A program made the translations under genes and the position numbers. From Methanomassiliicoccaceae archaeon (GTDB taxonomy: Archaea; Thermoplasmatota; Thermoplasmata; Methanomassiliicoccales; Methanomassiliicoccaceae): 64,000 nucleotides of DNA. Positions 18,673-29,224 of this stretch are shown here, piece after piece (within the stretch, counting starts at the first letter, position 1; each line of letters opens with the position of its first letter). The notes beneath the pieces are model-generated. The model ran no database searches and was not told the DNA's origin. It saw only the letters and a list, made by a program, of their open reading frames with translations. The stretch spans positions 64,001 through 128,000 of the forward strand of contig CAVSJV010000003.1 of the NCBI GenBank assembly GCA_963728405.1, given 5' to 3'.

Positions 18673-19323
18673 ATGATCGGAGAGTTCGCGATATCGGCGT
18701 TCGCTGCCATATTCGCCATTGTGAACCCACTTGGCAACATCCCGTTCTTCTTCGCCGTGACCGAGGACTATACTCCGGAGCAGAAGCACCGGGTGGCCAT
18801 CATGGTCGCCTTGGTGACCGCGGGAGTGCTGTTCATCTTTGCTCTGTTCGGCCAGTGGATCTTCACCATCTACGGCATCACCATCCCTTCGTTCAAGATC
18901 GCCGGAGGGCTGCTCCTCTTCACCATCGCCTTCTCCATGCTGCAGGGTCAGAGGTCCAAGACCAAGCTGACCGATGAGGAGAAACAGGACGCCCTGCAGA
19001 AGGAATCGGTAGGCATAGTTCCGCTGGGCATCCCCATGTTCGCCGGACCTGGCGCGATCACCACGGTCATGATCCTGGTCTCCGATGCCTCTGCCTCCCC
19101 GAACTCCGGCCTGGAACTGCTGGGCATTTCCGCGGCCATCATACTCACCGTGGTGATCTCCTACCTGACCCTTACCTATTCGGACCGTATCTTCAATCTG
19201 ATGGGCCGCTCCGGCACCATGGCCTTCTCGAGGATCATGGGGTTGTTGCTTGCCGCGGTGGCCGTGAACTTCATGCTTGGGGGTATAGCTCAGGCCATAC
19301 CGATGTACGGTCTGCTGCCGTGA
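18673..19323 (+). CDS. MarC family membrane protein
   Basis: IVNPLGNIP, IVPLGIPMFAGPGAITT, RIMGLLLAA. Confidence 0.93.
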   Translation: MIGEFAISAFAAIFAIVNPLGNIPFFFAVTEDYTPEQKHRVAIMVALVTAGVLFIFALFGQWIFTIYGITIPSFKIAGGLLLFTIAFSMLQGQRSKTKLTDEEKQDALQKESVGIVPLGIPMFAGPGAITTVMILVSDASASPNSGLELLGISAAIILTVVISYLTLTYSDRIFNLMGRSGTMAFSRIMGLLLAAVAVNFMLGGIAQAIPMYGLLP

Positions 19324-19399
19324 GCCTTGGCCGGTCAGAATCAGCCATCGCTAACTGGGTGATAATCTTTATTACAATAATTTTATTTTTTATCTGCCT

Positions 19400-20919
19400 A
19401 TGTCAGGCCTGTCCAAGAGCCAATCCTTCGCCGCTATGGCGGTGGTCGTGCTCATCCTCTCATCGACCACATTCATCCTTTATGATAAGACATCCCACAG
19501 CACTCCGGAAGGTCAGTTCCAGGAAGGCCTGAGGGAGTTCGAGCGCTCCAACTTCGGGACGGCCTCCGGGCTTTTTAACCGCTCGTACCAGGGGTACCAG
19601 GAGGCCGGAGAGCATGATAAGGCCGTCCAGTCGATCGGCTGGAAACTGAAAGCCGATCGGATCCTGTTGGAATACCCCTATGATCGCTCCCAGGCCGAGG
19701 AACTTTTGGCCGAGACGTTCCCGTGGGTCCCGGAGCACGAGCGCACCTCCTGGCTGGACAACTCTTCGATCGAGAAGATCATCACCGATGGCCAGGTGCG
19801 GTTCTACTGCAGCATAACCGACAATATCGCCTACCGCAACCTCACCCTGTATCACCAGTGGAAGGACCACCCCGGCCAGGATCCGCTGAAGACGATGATG
19901 GTGGAGATCATGGACCACGACGCCAACCGCACCGGCACCCTCTTCAACCCGATCAACTACACCGCGAACGGCGTGCTGACCATCGAGCGCAGTTTGCTGC
20001 CGGCCACCGGCACCCTGGAGATATGGATACCGGCTCCCATCGAGACTACCAGCCAGACGGATGTGAGAGTGCTCACCGCGCTGCCGGGGGCGTGGATCAA
20101 GACCATGCCCTCATCCGATAGCGACATGGGGCAGATCTATATGGAGGTCCCCCTGGACGGCCTGACCGATGATGTCGTGGTCAATGTGTCCTACTCCCTG
20201 ACAGTATACCAGAAACATTTCACCGTCGATCCGACCGCCGTGGGCATGTATGATAAGACCTCTGCCGACTACATCACCTTCACCGCGTCGCACGATAATA
20301 TCCTGGTCACCCCAGGGATCATCGCCGAGGCCAAGGCGGTGGTCGGGGAGGAAACGAACCCGTATCTGCAGGCCAAGCTCCTCTACGACTACTGTGGTCG
20401 GCAACATCACCTACAGCTTCATGCCGCACATCTCTCTATCCGCCCGGGGCTTCGCTGAGTCGGAGTATGTCCGCATCAACCGCTTCGGCGACTGCGGCGC
20501 CCAGTCGATGTACTATTGTGCCCTGCTTCGTTCTCTGGGCGTTCCGGCACGGGCCGATGGTGGCTACCAGACCTTCGGAGGCGGCACTGGCTCGCACTTC
20601 TGGGCCGAGTTCTACCTGCCCAACTACGGCTGGGTGCCCGTGGACGTGACCGCTGCCGACGCCATGGACTGGATAGGAATGGGCTCGGCCACCGCAGAGG
20701 AGCGGGCCGCCTACAAGGCCTTCTACTTCGGGAACCTCGACCATCTCAGATACGTCATCGCAGAACGACGTAGACATCGCATTGAGCCCGGGGCCGGCCA
20801 TGCCCACCCCGATATATGCGGCGTTCCAGAACCCCACCGCCTCGTGCGCCACTTCGGACCAGGACGTCCCGCTGATGGCCATGATGTTCTGGCAGTTCAA
20901 GATCACCTCGACGGCGTAG
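19400..20919 (+). CDS. Membrane-anchored transglutaminase-like (papain-fold) protein; two apparent +1 frameshifts (~20393, ~20760)
   Basis: N-terminal TM, GDCGAQS catalytic Cys, HFWAEFYLPNYGWVPVD; frames join after removing one base at each site. Confidence 0.8.
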
Positions 20920-20997
20920 GCGGGGCTCTAACGGCGGGCCCAGGGGCCCGCCATAAACAGTTAAGTATGCGAGGTCATTTCAGAAGCGGTGCTGACC

Positions 20998-21237
20998 ATG
21001 GTCAAGGCCGAGATCAGGATAGAGCTCAAGCATGGGGTCGCCGACCCAGAGGGCGAGAACACCAAGAAGGCCTTGGAGCTACTGGGCTTCAAGGGTATCA
21101 AGAGCGTCAGGACGGTCAAGGTCTTCGAGATGGAGCTGGGCATGGATGCTTCTGAAGCCAAGGCAGCGACCGAAGAGATGTGCCGCAAGCTCCTGGCCAA
21201 CCCGGTCATCCAGTCCTACAAGATCGATCTGAAATGA
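20998..21237 (+). CDS. purS: FGAM synthase subunit PurS
   Basis: GVADPEG, MCRKLLANPVI. Confidence 0.97.
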   Translation: MVKAEIRIELKHGVADPEGENTKKALELLGFKGIKSVRTVKVFEMELGMDASEAKAATEEMCRKLLANPVIQSYKIDLK

Positions 21238-23573
21238 GGGATGTCATGCCTGGAAAGGAATTGACCAGGAAGAGGCCGGTGCCCTTCCCCCTGTTCGAGA
21301 TCGACATATTCTCCGCCACGCCCGAGGATCTCAAAGAGCTGTCCAAGACCATGGGCCTGAACCTTAGCCCTGAGGAAATGGATATGGTGAAGGCGTACTT
21401 CAAGAAGGGCAAGCGCCTCCCCACCGACGTCGAGCTGCAGTCGATCGCCCAGGCCTGGAGCGAGCACTGCTGCTACAAGTCTTCCAAGTGCTTCCTGCGG
21501 GAACATATCTTCACCATCAAGCACCCCGACGTCCTATCCAAAGGGGACGCCGGGGTCATGGCGTTCGATGACGAGCACGCCTATGCCCTCCGGATCGAGA
21601 GCCACAACCACCCATCGGCGATCGAGCCGTACGGTGGGGCGGCCACCGGCATCGGCGGCATCGTCAGGGACGTCCTGGCCATGGGCGCCCAGCCCATCGC
21701 CCTGGTCGACCCGCTGTTCTTCGGACCGCTGGAGCTCAGGGAGGTCCCGGCCGGCGTCAAGCTGCCCAAGTACCTGACCGGCGGGGTCGTGGCCGGCATT
21801 CGCGATTACGGTAACAGGATAGGTATCCCCACCATCGCTGGCGGGGTGTTCTTCGATCCCGCGTACACCGGTAATTGCCTTGTGAACGTTGGCTGCATCG
21901 GCTTCCTCAGGAAGGACAAGCTGCTGAACAATGCCGTACAGGGGACCGGGGATGTACTGATCCTGGTAGGCGGCCGCACTGGACGGGATGGCATCCATGG
22001 CGTCACCTTCGCCTCGGCCGAGCTGAGCGCCAGGTCCGAGGATGAGTCCCGCGGAGCGGTCCAGCTGGGCGACCCCATCATGAAGGAACCGACCATCCAC
22101 GCCTGCCTGGAAGTTAACGAGCAGGGGCTGGTCAGCGGCATCAAGGACCTGGGAGGCGGCGGGCTGTCCTGCGTCATCGGCGAGATTGCCCTGGCCGGCG
22201 GTTGTGGGGCGGTAGTTCAACTTGACAAGGTGCCCCTCAAGGAAGAGGGCCTAGCGCCCTGGGAGATCTGGGTATCGGAGTCGCAGGAGCGCATGATGCT
22301 CGCTGCCCCGGAGAAGAACGTCGAGCGGATCCTGGAGATCTTCGGCCTGTGGGACATGCCCGCCACCGTCGTCGCCAAGGTGGTCAAAGAACAACGGGTC
22401 AAACTCATCTACGAGGGCGTGGAGGTCTTCGACCTCGACCTCGAGTTCCTGACCAAGGGGCCGGAATACTGCCGGCCGACGGCGACCTCGAACGGCTTAG
22501 GGAACATCCCCTACAAGGCACCCCAGCTTCCTGACGGCCTGAACTCTGTGGTGCTGTCGACGCTGGCCGATCCCAACATCGCTTCCAAGGAATGGATGAT
22601 CACCCAGTACGACCATGAGGTCCGGGCGTCCACGGTCATCAAGCCCATGCAGGGGAAACCGGGGCTGCGCGGCCCCGCCGACGCCACCGTGCTCAAGCCG
22701 CTCGTGGACTCGTACCGCGGACTGGCCGTCGCCATCGGGGTAAATCCCTGGTTCACCGCTCAAGACCCATACAATGGCGGACGGAGCTCGGTCGACGAGG
22801 CGTGCCGTAACATCGTCGCCGTAGGCGGACGGCCCCATGCCCTGACCGATTGCCTTAACTTCGGCAATCCTGAGAAGCCAGAGCGACTGTTCGAGTTCAA
22901 GGAAGCGGTCCGCGGCATAGGCGAGATGGCCAGGGACCTGAACCTCGCCGTGCCGTCCGGGAACGTGTCGTTCTACAACGAGACGGCCCACGGCGCCGCG
23001 TTGCCGACCCCTACCGTGCTGGGGGTGGGCATCGTTGAGGATATTCGCAAATGCGTCACCACCGATTTCAAGAACGAGGGCAACCCCGTCTACTTGGTCG
23101 GGGAGACCCTGGACGAGATGGGTGCCTCGGCCCTCTTCCGTCGTTATGGCGGGAGCGGAGGGAATGTTCCCGCGGTCGACAGCACCGCACTAGCCTCTCG
23201 GACGGACCTGATCCTGGCCGCCATGTCCAAGGGGCTGGTCAGGAGCTGCCATGACTGCTCCGACGGCGGGCTGGCGATCACCTTGGCGGAGATGTGCCTG
23301 GGCGGAGACCTAGGTTTCTTCGGGGACCTTTCCCCGCTGGGCGACCTGCCCTTCGAGGTTAAGCTGTTCTCCGAGTCCAACTCCCGTTTCGTGGTCGAGG
23401 TCGAGCCATCCAAGGCCGCCGAGTTCGAATCGCTTGCAAAGAAGCAAGCATATCGCATCGGCGAGGTCGGACGCGGCAAGATGGCCATCCGGGACGGCAG
23501 GGCCGGAGTGGACCTCAAGGTCCCGGCCATGAGAAAGGCGTGGTCAGAACCTCTGTGGAGGCTGTTGGGGTGA
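21234..23573 (+). CDS. purL: FGAM synthase subunit PurL
   Basis: WSEHCCYKSS, ESHNHPS, GRDGIHG, SESQERM. Confidence 0.97.
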   Translation: MRDVMPGKELTRKRPVPFPLFEIDIFSATPEDLKELSKTMGLNLSPEEMDMVKAYFKKGKRLPTDVELQSIAQAWSEHCCYKSSKCFLREHIFTIKHPDVLSKGDAGVMAFDDEHAYALRIESHNHPSAIEPYGGAATGIGGIVRDVLAMGAQPIALVDPLFFGPLELREVPAGVKLPKYLTGGVVAGIRDYGNRIGIPTIAGGVFFDPAYTGNCLVNVGCIGFLRKDKLLNNAVQGTGDVLILVGGRTGRDGIHGVTFASAELSARSEDESRGAVQLGDPIMKEPTIHACLEVNEQGLVSGIKDLGGGGLSCVIGEIALAGGCGAVVQLDKVPLKEEGLAPWEIWVSESQERMMLAAPEKNVERILEIFGLWDMPATVVAKVVKEQRVKLIYEGVEVFDLDLEFLTKGPEYCRPTATSNGLGNIPYKAPQLPDGLNSVVLSTLADPNIASKEWMITQYDHEVRASTVIKPMQGKPGLRGPADATVLKPLVDSYRGLAVAIGVNPWFTAQDPYNGGRSSVDEACRNIVAVGGRPHALTDCLNFGNPEKPERLFEFKEAVRGIGEMARDLNLAVPSGNVSFYNETAHGAALPTPTVLGVGIVEDIRKCVTTDFKNEGNPVYLVGETLDEMGASALFRRYGGSGGNVPAVDSTALASRTDLILAAMSKGLVRSCHDCSDGGLAITLAEMCLGGDLGFFGDLSPLGDLPFEVKLFSESNSRFVVEVEPSKAAEFESLAKKQAYRIGEVGRGKMAIRDGRAGVDLKVPAMRKAWSEPLWRLLG

Positions 23574-23577
23574 TGTC

Positions 23578-24414
23578 ATGAAGGTCGACGAGATCAAGGT
23601 CTGCGTCCTCCGCATCGAGGGGACGAACTGCGAGCAGGAGGCCTATGATGCCTTCAGGTCACTGGGAGCACAACCGGAGAAGGTACACCTTAAGCAGCTG
23701 ATCGGCCAATCCCCCGCCGAGCTGAGAAGGGACCTGGACGACTTTCATGTGCTGATGTTTCCAGGCGGCTTCTCCGCCGGAGACTATGTGCGGGCCGGAG
23801 CCATCTTCGCTGCCCGCATCAAGAGCCATCTCGCCTCCGACCTGGAGAACTTCATCGCCTCCGGCCGCCCCGTGCTGGGCGTATGCAACGGATTCCAGAT
23901 TCTAGTGGAACTTGGCGTGCTGCCGTCCTTCGACGAGATCATGACCGAGGAACCTCAGGCCGCCCTGTACAACAACGTATCGGGTAGGTTCGAGTGCCGG
24001 CCTACCTACCTCAAGCATGAGAATCACGGCAAGTGCGTTTTCACTTCCTTGCTGCCCAGAGGAGAAGTGGTCATGTTCCCCTCCGCCCATGCCGAGGGCA
24101 ATCTGAGGTTCCCCACCGAGCAAGAGCAGGAGTTCGTGCAGAGGCTGGAGGACAATGACCAGGTAGTGTTCCGTTACGTCAATCCGTCAGGCGATGAACC
24201 CGGACCATACTGGTGCCCGAACGGGGCAGTGAGCAACATCGCCGGCATCTGCAACCCCGATGGCAACGTCCTGGGCCTGATGCCTCACCCAGAGAGGGTG
24301 ATGTTCCGATACCAGCATCCTGATTGGACCCGGGACAGCAGCAGGTCGGACGGGGCGGGGGACGGCCGTGTCATCTTCCGCTCGGTCCTCGAGCACGTCG
24401 AGAAGAGATTCTGA
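23578..24414 (+). CDS. purQ: FGAM synthase glutaminase subunit PurQ
   Basis: GTNCE, GGFSAGD, GVCNGFQ, GLMPHPER. Confidence 0.97.
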   Translation: MKVDEIKVCVLRIEGTNCEQEAYDAFRSLGAQPEKVHLKQLIGQSPAELRRDLDDFHVLMFPGGFSAGDYVRAGAIFAARIKSHLASDLENFIASGRPVLGVCNGFQILVELGVLPSFDEIMTEEPQAALYNNVSGRFECRPTYLKHENHGKCVFTSLLPRGEVVMFPSAHAEGNLRFPTEQEQEFVQRLEDNDQVVFRYVNPSGDEPGPYWCPNGAVSNIAGICNPDGNVLGLMPHPERVMFRYQHPDWTRDSSRSDGAGDGRVIFRSVLEHVEKRF

Positions 24415-24416
24415 GA

Positions 24417-25076
24417 TCACTCTACGGTGATCCGGAGCTCCACGATATCGCCGTCATTGAGGCCGAGGGTCCTCCGCAGGTTGTACTTGCACAGGACCTC
24501 CATGATGTCAGAGTAGTGCGAGCGGGACGGTAGGATCACGGCGCACTCGATATTCTGGATGTTGGCGGGAAAGCACCGCACTTCGCCGAAGGTGCGGCCA
24601 TTGCGCTGGAAGCCACTGATAATGATCCCCTCGCTCCTCCGCAGTATGTCCAGCTTGCCCACATCGGAGGGGTTCATCTTTAGATTAAGGGTGCCCTCGA
24701 ACGGGATGAAACCCAGCTTGCCCTTGAACTGCTCCAGGTAACCGGGCTGGGTGACGTAGTATTGCCCTTCGCCCATGCCGGTGGCGACCACTCCCCGAAT
24801 GAGCAGATGGTCCCGCAACTCGAAGATCTTCTGGTACTCCGAGTACTCGGTCCTCAGGGCATCCAGGCCCTTCTTGGTGATCTTGATCCGCTGCTTCCTC
24901 GCCCCCAGGTCCCTCTGGATGTAGCCTTCCTCCAGCAGCTCCAGTATCCGCTTGGAGGCGGACTGCTGGCTGATCCTGAGCTTCTCTCCGAGCTCCCGAG
25001 AGGAGATGGCGATATAGTCGTTGATGCCGCCCAGAAGGGCGATCTGTTTCAGAGCAATGGCGAACTTCTCGTTCAT
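24417..25076 (-). CDS. ribK: CTP-dependent riboflavin kinase with N-terminal winged HTH (RbkR-type)
   Basis: HTH SSRELG..ISQQSASKR; TGMGEGQYY; PFEGTLN; LRRTLGLNDGD. Confidence 0.9.
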   Translation of the reverse strand: MNEKFAIALKQIALLGGINDYIAISSRELGEKLRISQQSASKRILELLEEGYIQRDLGARKQRIKITKKGLDALRTEYSEYQKIFELRDHLLIRGVVATGMGEGQYYVTQPGYLEQFKGKLGFIPFEGTLNLKMNPSDVGKLDILRRSEGIIISGFQRNGRTFGEVRCFPANIQNIECAVILPSRSHYSDIMEVLCKYNLRRTLGLNDGDIVELRITVE

Positions 25077-25101
25077 TCCGGATCACACAGAGCAATAGAT
25101 C

Positions 25102-25115
25102 ATGGTAGCTACCAT
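25102..25115. promoter_or_regulatory. Perfect 14-bp palindrome, candidate operator
   Basis: ATGGTAGCTACCAT in the divergent ribK / marker-8 intergenic region. Confidence 0.4.
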
Positions 25116-25211
25116 AATTTAGCGCATTGTTCCATTCCGACCACTCTATTTATAGCTTTCAGGGATTTGTCTTGACCATACTAATTGATATCACGAAAAG
25201 GTCGGTTGATC

Positions 25212-26030
25212 ATGGACAGGCACGTCATAGAAGCATTGGGTAAGGCCAGGATAGTCATCAAGGACGGAAAGGTCGTCGAGATCGGCAGGCCGGAAGTGGA
25301 GTACTGCCCCCTCTTCGCCAAGGTCCGCAACATCCAGGTCATCACCCCAGAAGTGATCAAAGAGAACATCGAGTTCCGCATCAGGGACTTCGGCATGTGC
25401 ACGCCCCATCGCAAGATGCGCATGAAGGACTTCCTTTCCTTCGGAGTATCGGAGCTGATGGGCATGGCCGTATCGAAGGACCTGCTCGACGCCGTGGTCA
25501 TCGTGTGCGAGGGGGCTGGAACGGTCGTCGTATCGGACCCTGAGCTCATCCAAGGTATCGGCGGTCGGATCTCGGGGATCGTGGAGACCTCACCCATCGC
25601 CGAGGTCATCGAGGCCATCGGCAGGGACCGGGTGCTCGATCCCGAGAAAGCCACCATCAATCAGTACGAGGGCACCAGACTAGCATTCATCAAGGGATTC
25701 AAGAGGGTCGGCGTGTCCGTCGCCTCGGCCGCGGACGCCCGCCGCATCCGCGAGGAGTTCGGACAGCGGGTGGCGCTGTTCGCTGTCCACGTGACCGGCC
25801 GGAGCAAGGAGGACGCGGAGACCTTCTTCGACACCTGTGACATCGTGACCTCCTGCGCCTCCAGCGAGGTGAGGGCTAGGGCCAAGGAAAGGGCCCTTCT
25901 GCAGGTCGGGAACAAGGTGCCGGTGTTCGCTGCGTCCCTTTGGGGCGAGATGCTCCTGAGGACCAGACTGGAAATTATAAAGCATCCCAATGTCACCTCC
26001 CCCGAGGACCCGCCCAGACCACTGATCTAA
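25212..26030 (+). CDS. Methanogenesis marker 8 protein (DUF2099)
   Basis: HVIEALGK, YCPLF, NIEFRIRDFGMCT, VCEGAGT, QGIGGRISG, TSCAS. Confidence 0.88.
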   Translation: MDRHVIEALGKARIVIKDGKVVEIGRPEVEYCPLFAKVRNIQVITPEVIKENIEFRIRDFGMCTPHRKMRMKDFLSFGVSELMGMAVSKDLLDAVVIVCEGAGTVVVSDPELIQGIGGRISGIVETSPIAEVIEAIGRDRVLDPEKATINQYEGTRLAFIKGFKRVGVSVASAADARRIREEFGQRVALFAVHVTGRSKEDAETFFDTCDIVTSCASSEVRARAKERALLQVGNKVPVFAASLWGEMLLRTRLEIIKHPNVTSPEDPPRPLI

Positions 26031-26383
26031 CCGTCGTCCAGGCCAAGGTGGCTCCCTCCCCTCAGGAGCACCACCTTTATTCTCTTTTTTCGCAGCTTAC
26101 CAATGAGCACTCTGTCATTGGTGACCACGTACGCATTGAGCTTCTCGGCTAGCTCGATGACCGCCTGGTCACCCGTAGCAATGGTATCCTCGATAGTGTA
26201 CCGGGACAACAGGCGCAAGGCGGCAGGGGCGTTCTTGCTGGTGGACCGTTTCAGCTCGCCCACGATGGGGCCTGGAACGAACATCTGACATTCACCAAGA
26301 AGGGAGCGCAGCTGCGCATCGAGGTTTATGGAGCGTTCAAAAGGAAGAATTAGGGCGTTGGTGTCCAGGACCACCTTGGGCAT
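26027..26383 (-). CDS. PIN-domain protein (Fcf1-like)
   Basis: VVLDTNAL, GDQAV, VVTND; usual position downstream of aIF2-gamma. Confidence 0.9.
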   Translation of the reverse strand: MPKVVLDTNALILPFERSINLDAQLRSLLGECQMFVPGPIVGELKRSTSKNAPAALRLLSRYTIEDTIATGDQAVIELAEKLNAYVVTNDRVLIGKLRKKRIKVVLLRGGSHLGLDDG

Positions 26384-26389
26384 GGACAC

Positions 26390-27613
26390 CTACTGGATGA
26401 TGCCGTATCCTATCAGGCGCCACTTGCCCGAGATGCGCCGCGATATGGCCACCCGCTGGTCCTTGAGCGCGCAAACGGGGATCTTCAAGGCCACTTCGGA
26501 CTCGTTGCCCCGGGCGCTCGTCACCACTCCGACGGTGGTCGCGGTCCCGATGCTCAGCATCAGTGGCTCGTTCGTCTTGATGTTCTCCACGACCATATCC
26601 TCGGCCGCGCCGACCACTCTCTCCAGGAGGTGCGTGGTCATGATGAACTTATGCAGGACCTGGGGCAGCGTTCCGGGCTTACCGACCAGGCGGCCGGTGA
26701 GGCCGTCGGACTTGGTCAACGCCGGGTCAAGCTTGGTCCCGATGGCGATAAGACCGCCGGGATGAGCAATGTCCAGGGTCGTGCTACCGGTATGCAGCGA
26801 CTGCACAAAAGTAGTGATCCGCTCATAGGAGATCTTGCCGCCGATCTCGACCTTGCGGCCAGGAAGGACCTCGATCTCGTCCCCCATCTCCAGGGTTCCC
26901 TGGGTTAGGGATCCGCCGAGCACTCCGCCCTTGAGCGAATCGGGCAATGAGCCGGGGGTGTTGATGTCGAACGACCGGGCTACATACATCATAGGCGGCT
27001 TGTCCCGGTCGGTGGCGGGCGTCGGGATGTACTTCTCGATCGCCTCGATGAGCTTGTCGATGTTAACATCGTGGTGTGCGGAAACAGGTATGATAGGGGC
27101 GTTCTCGGCAATGGTACCCTTCACGAAACGCTTGATCTCGCGGTAGTTCTCCAAAGCCTCTTCCTTGGTCACGATGTCGATCTTGTTCTGCACGATGATG
27201 ATCTTGTCCACACCAATGATGGACAGGGCCATGAGGTGCTCCTTGGTCTGGGGCTGGGGGCAGTGCTCGTTCGCCGCGACCAGCAATAGGGCGCCCTGCA
27301 TCATGGCCGCGCCAGATAGCATGGTGGCCATGAGCGTCTCGTGGCCGGGAGCATCGACGAAGGAGATCACCCTTAGGAGCTCGGTCTCCCCGCCGCATTC
27401 TTGGCAGGCCTCTTGCGCAGTATACTTGTTGCACTTGGGGCAACGGTAAAAAGCGGTATCGGCATAGCCTAGTCGAATGGAGATCCCTCTCTTGATCTCC
27501 TCGGAATGACGGTCGGTCCACTCCCCGCTCAAAGCCTTGGTGAGGGTGGTCTTGCCGTGGTCGACATGACCGATCATCCCGATGTTGATCTCAGGCTGCC
27601 GGGCTACCTTCAT
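26390..27613 (-). CDS. eif2g: Translation initiation factor 2 gamma subunit
   Basis: [17 protein letters not shown], zinc knuckle, DAPGHE, QNKID, WRLIGYG. Confidence 0.98.
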   Translation of the reverse strand: MKVARQPEINIGMIGHVDHGKTTLTKALSGEWTDRHSEEIKRGISIRLGYADTAFYRCPKCNKYTAQEACQECGGETELLRVISFVDAPGHETLMATMLSGAAMMQGALLLVAANEHCPQPQTKEHLMALSIIGVDKIIIVQNKIDIVTKEEALENYREIKRFVKGTIAENAPIIPVSAHHDVNIDKLIEAIEKYIPTPATDRDKPPMMYVARSFDINTPGSLPDSLKGGVLGGSLTQGTLEMGDEIEVLPGRKVEIGGKISYERITTFVQSLHTGSTTLDIAHPGGLIAIGTKLDPALTKSDGLTGRLVGKPGTLPQVLHKFIMTTHLLERVVGAAEDMVVENIKTNEPLMLSIGTATTVGVVTSARGNESEVALKIPVCALKDQRVAISRRISGKWRLIGYGIIQ

Positions 27614-28005
27614 TTCTTCTCCTCTTTCTTAGGAAGGAGTTCTTCTACCGTCTTGGAGCCGGCAGTAGTGATGGTCATGTTGATCTGGGTCGTATCCGGA
27701 GAAACGGTGTTGCCCCTGATCAGCTTGCGGCGCCTCATGCCCTCTTCGGGAGCGACGAAGCCAGTGCCATCGGTAAGGAGAATGTTCTTGCGCCTGACGC
27801 CCGGCAGGTCGGACCTCATCGGTACCCCGTCCTTGTCGCTTCCGCCAGCAATGGTCAACTTGTATCCGGGAAGGCTCACAAAGATGCCGTCCACGACGTC
27901 CCCGATCTTCTTGCCGATGAGGGAGTTGGCGTGATGGCCGGCGACCGAAGCCTGGTACGACTTCCCGGTCTTTACATCGTTAATGACAGCTTTGAACTCT
28001 ACCAT
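27610..28005 (-). CDS. rps6e: 30S ribosomal protein S6e
   Basis: [29 protein letters not shown]. Confidence 0.97.
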   Translation of the reverse strand: MVEFKAVINDVKTGKSYQASVAGHHANSLIGKKIGDVVDGIFVSLPGYKLTIAGGSDKDGVPMRSDLPGVRRKNILLTDGTGFVAPEEGMRRRKLIRGNTVSPDTTQINMTITTAGSKTVEELLPKKEEKK

Positions 28006-28465
28006 CTAAACACCTTTTTTAGGTAATCGCCTTAATGTAGCTTAGAATAAATAACTATTGCTTGCCGAGAGGGGTTCCTGAATACGTTTTTCTTTCTTCA
28101 AATGAGGGCATCCAGGTAATGCCCGGCCTCCCCTCACGGGAGCTCAGATATCCTAGAACGGGATCGGGCGGTGCGAAGTTTGATCAAAATGATGACCTGA
28201 TCCAAACCCCATAGGACCTGGGCCCTCGATGCCTACGTTTAAACCGCGTCAGGAACATGCAGTTTCGAAACGAGGACAGAGCATGGTTGGCTTTGACACC
28301 CCCATGAAGTCATTCGTGGGATTCTGAGGTCGGCATCGTTCATGCCGGAGCCTCCTGGGGCGTATCAATGCGGCCCTTGCACCAATCCCTGTCTTGGTGC
28401 AATCGACCAGCGTCTTCTTCTAACGAGGGGCGCAACGCGATGTTGAACGACGCGTAGGCGTCGGC

Positions 28466-28594
28466 GTGGTCAGCATCGAGCTCAAAGTGGTCAAAAAATG
28501 CAAGGAGTGCGGGACCTCATCTTCCTCCTGCGGCTGTGAGGAAGAGGCCTGCTCTTTCGAATGCTGTGGAGAACCGATGAAACCGAAAGGATGA
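28466..28594 (+). CDS. Small Cys-rich desulforedoxin-like peptide (42 aa, GTG start; not in the ORF track)
   Basis: VVSIELKVVKKCKECGTSSSSCGCEEEACSFECCGEPMKPKG; T-run about 25 nt downstream. Confidence 0.55.
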   Translation: MVSIELKVVKKCKECGTSSSSCGCEEEACSFECCGEPMKPKG

Positions 28595-28734
28595 GCGTGG
28601 GTGCGCACCAGCCTTTCCATTTTCTTTTTTGTTCCTAGCATCGATAATGTGCGACATCCCTGAATCGGACCTCCACCAAAGTAAGGATTATCTTCACCGG
28701 TCATCAATGATGGATGGGTGTGATAAAAGTGAAG

Positions 28735-28935
28735 ATGAACACTGCAGCAACGGAGGAAGTAGAGATCCCCAACGACGTCCGGTATGCACTGAAACAGAAG
28801 CCTGGAGCATTGGAAGCATTCCAGGCCTTGCCAGCAGACCAGCAACGAGATCTCCTAGAATCCATCAATTCGGCGAACATGTCCGATATCCGGGATGGAC
28901 GGATCGATCGATTGGTAGAGAAGCTTACCAAGTGA
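28735..28935 (+). CDS. YdeI/OmpD-associated (OmdA) domain protein
   Basis: EIPNDVRYAL...AFQALP..QQR..I.SA....RDGRI pattern. Confidence 0.75.
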   Translation: MNTAATEEVEIPNDVRYALKQKPGALEAFQALPADQQRDLLESINSANMSDIRDGRIDRLVEKLTK

Positions 28936-29224
28936 TGAGCGCCCTGTTCAGCAATCATTGGTTCCTTGGTCTCGATTAGAGAATCTTGTTTAGAGCTGGT
29001 CGCCGTCGCGTCCGTTTGAGTCAAGGGCCAATGGCCACACAACGGCGGACTTCATTTAGATGCCCTACCTCAACGAGACCATGATCGTCCCTCCAGAGAG
29101 GTTCGGGCCTAAATCGCCTGGCCTTTGAAGTGAGATGTCACCAATGAGGTGTGTGGCCCCAAAGGGCCCTTTTTCGAATGTCACGGTCTCAGATGAAATA
29201 CGTGTTCTGGACGTAGCAATTAAC

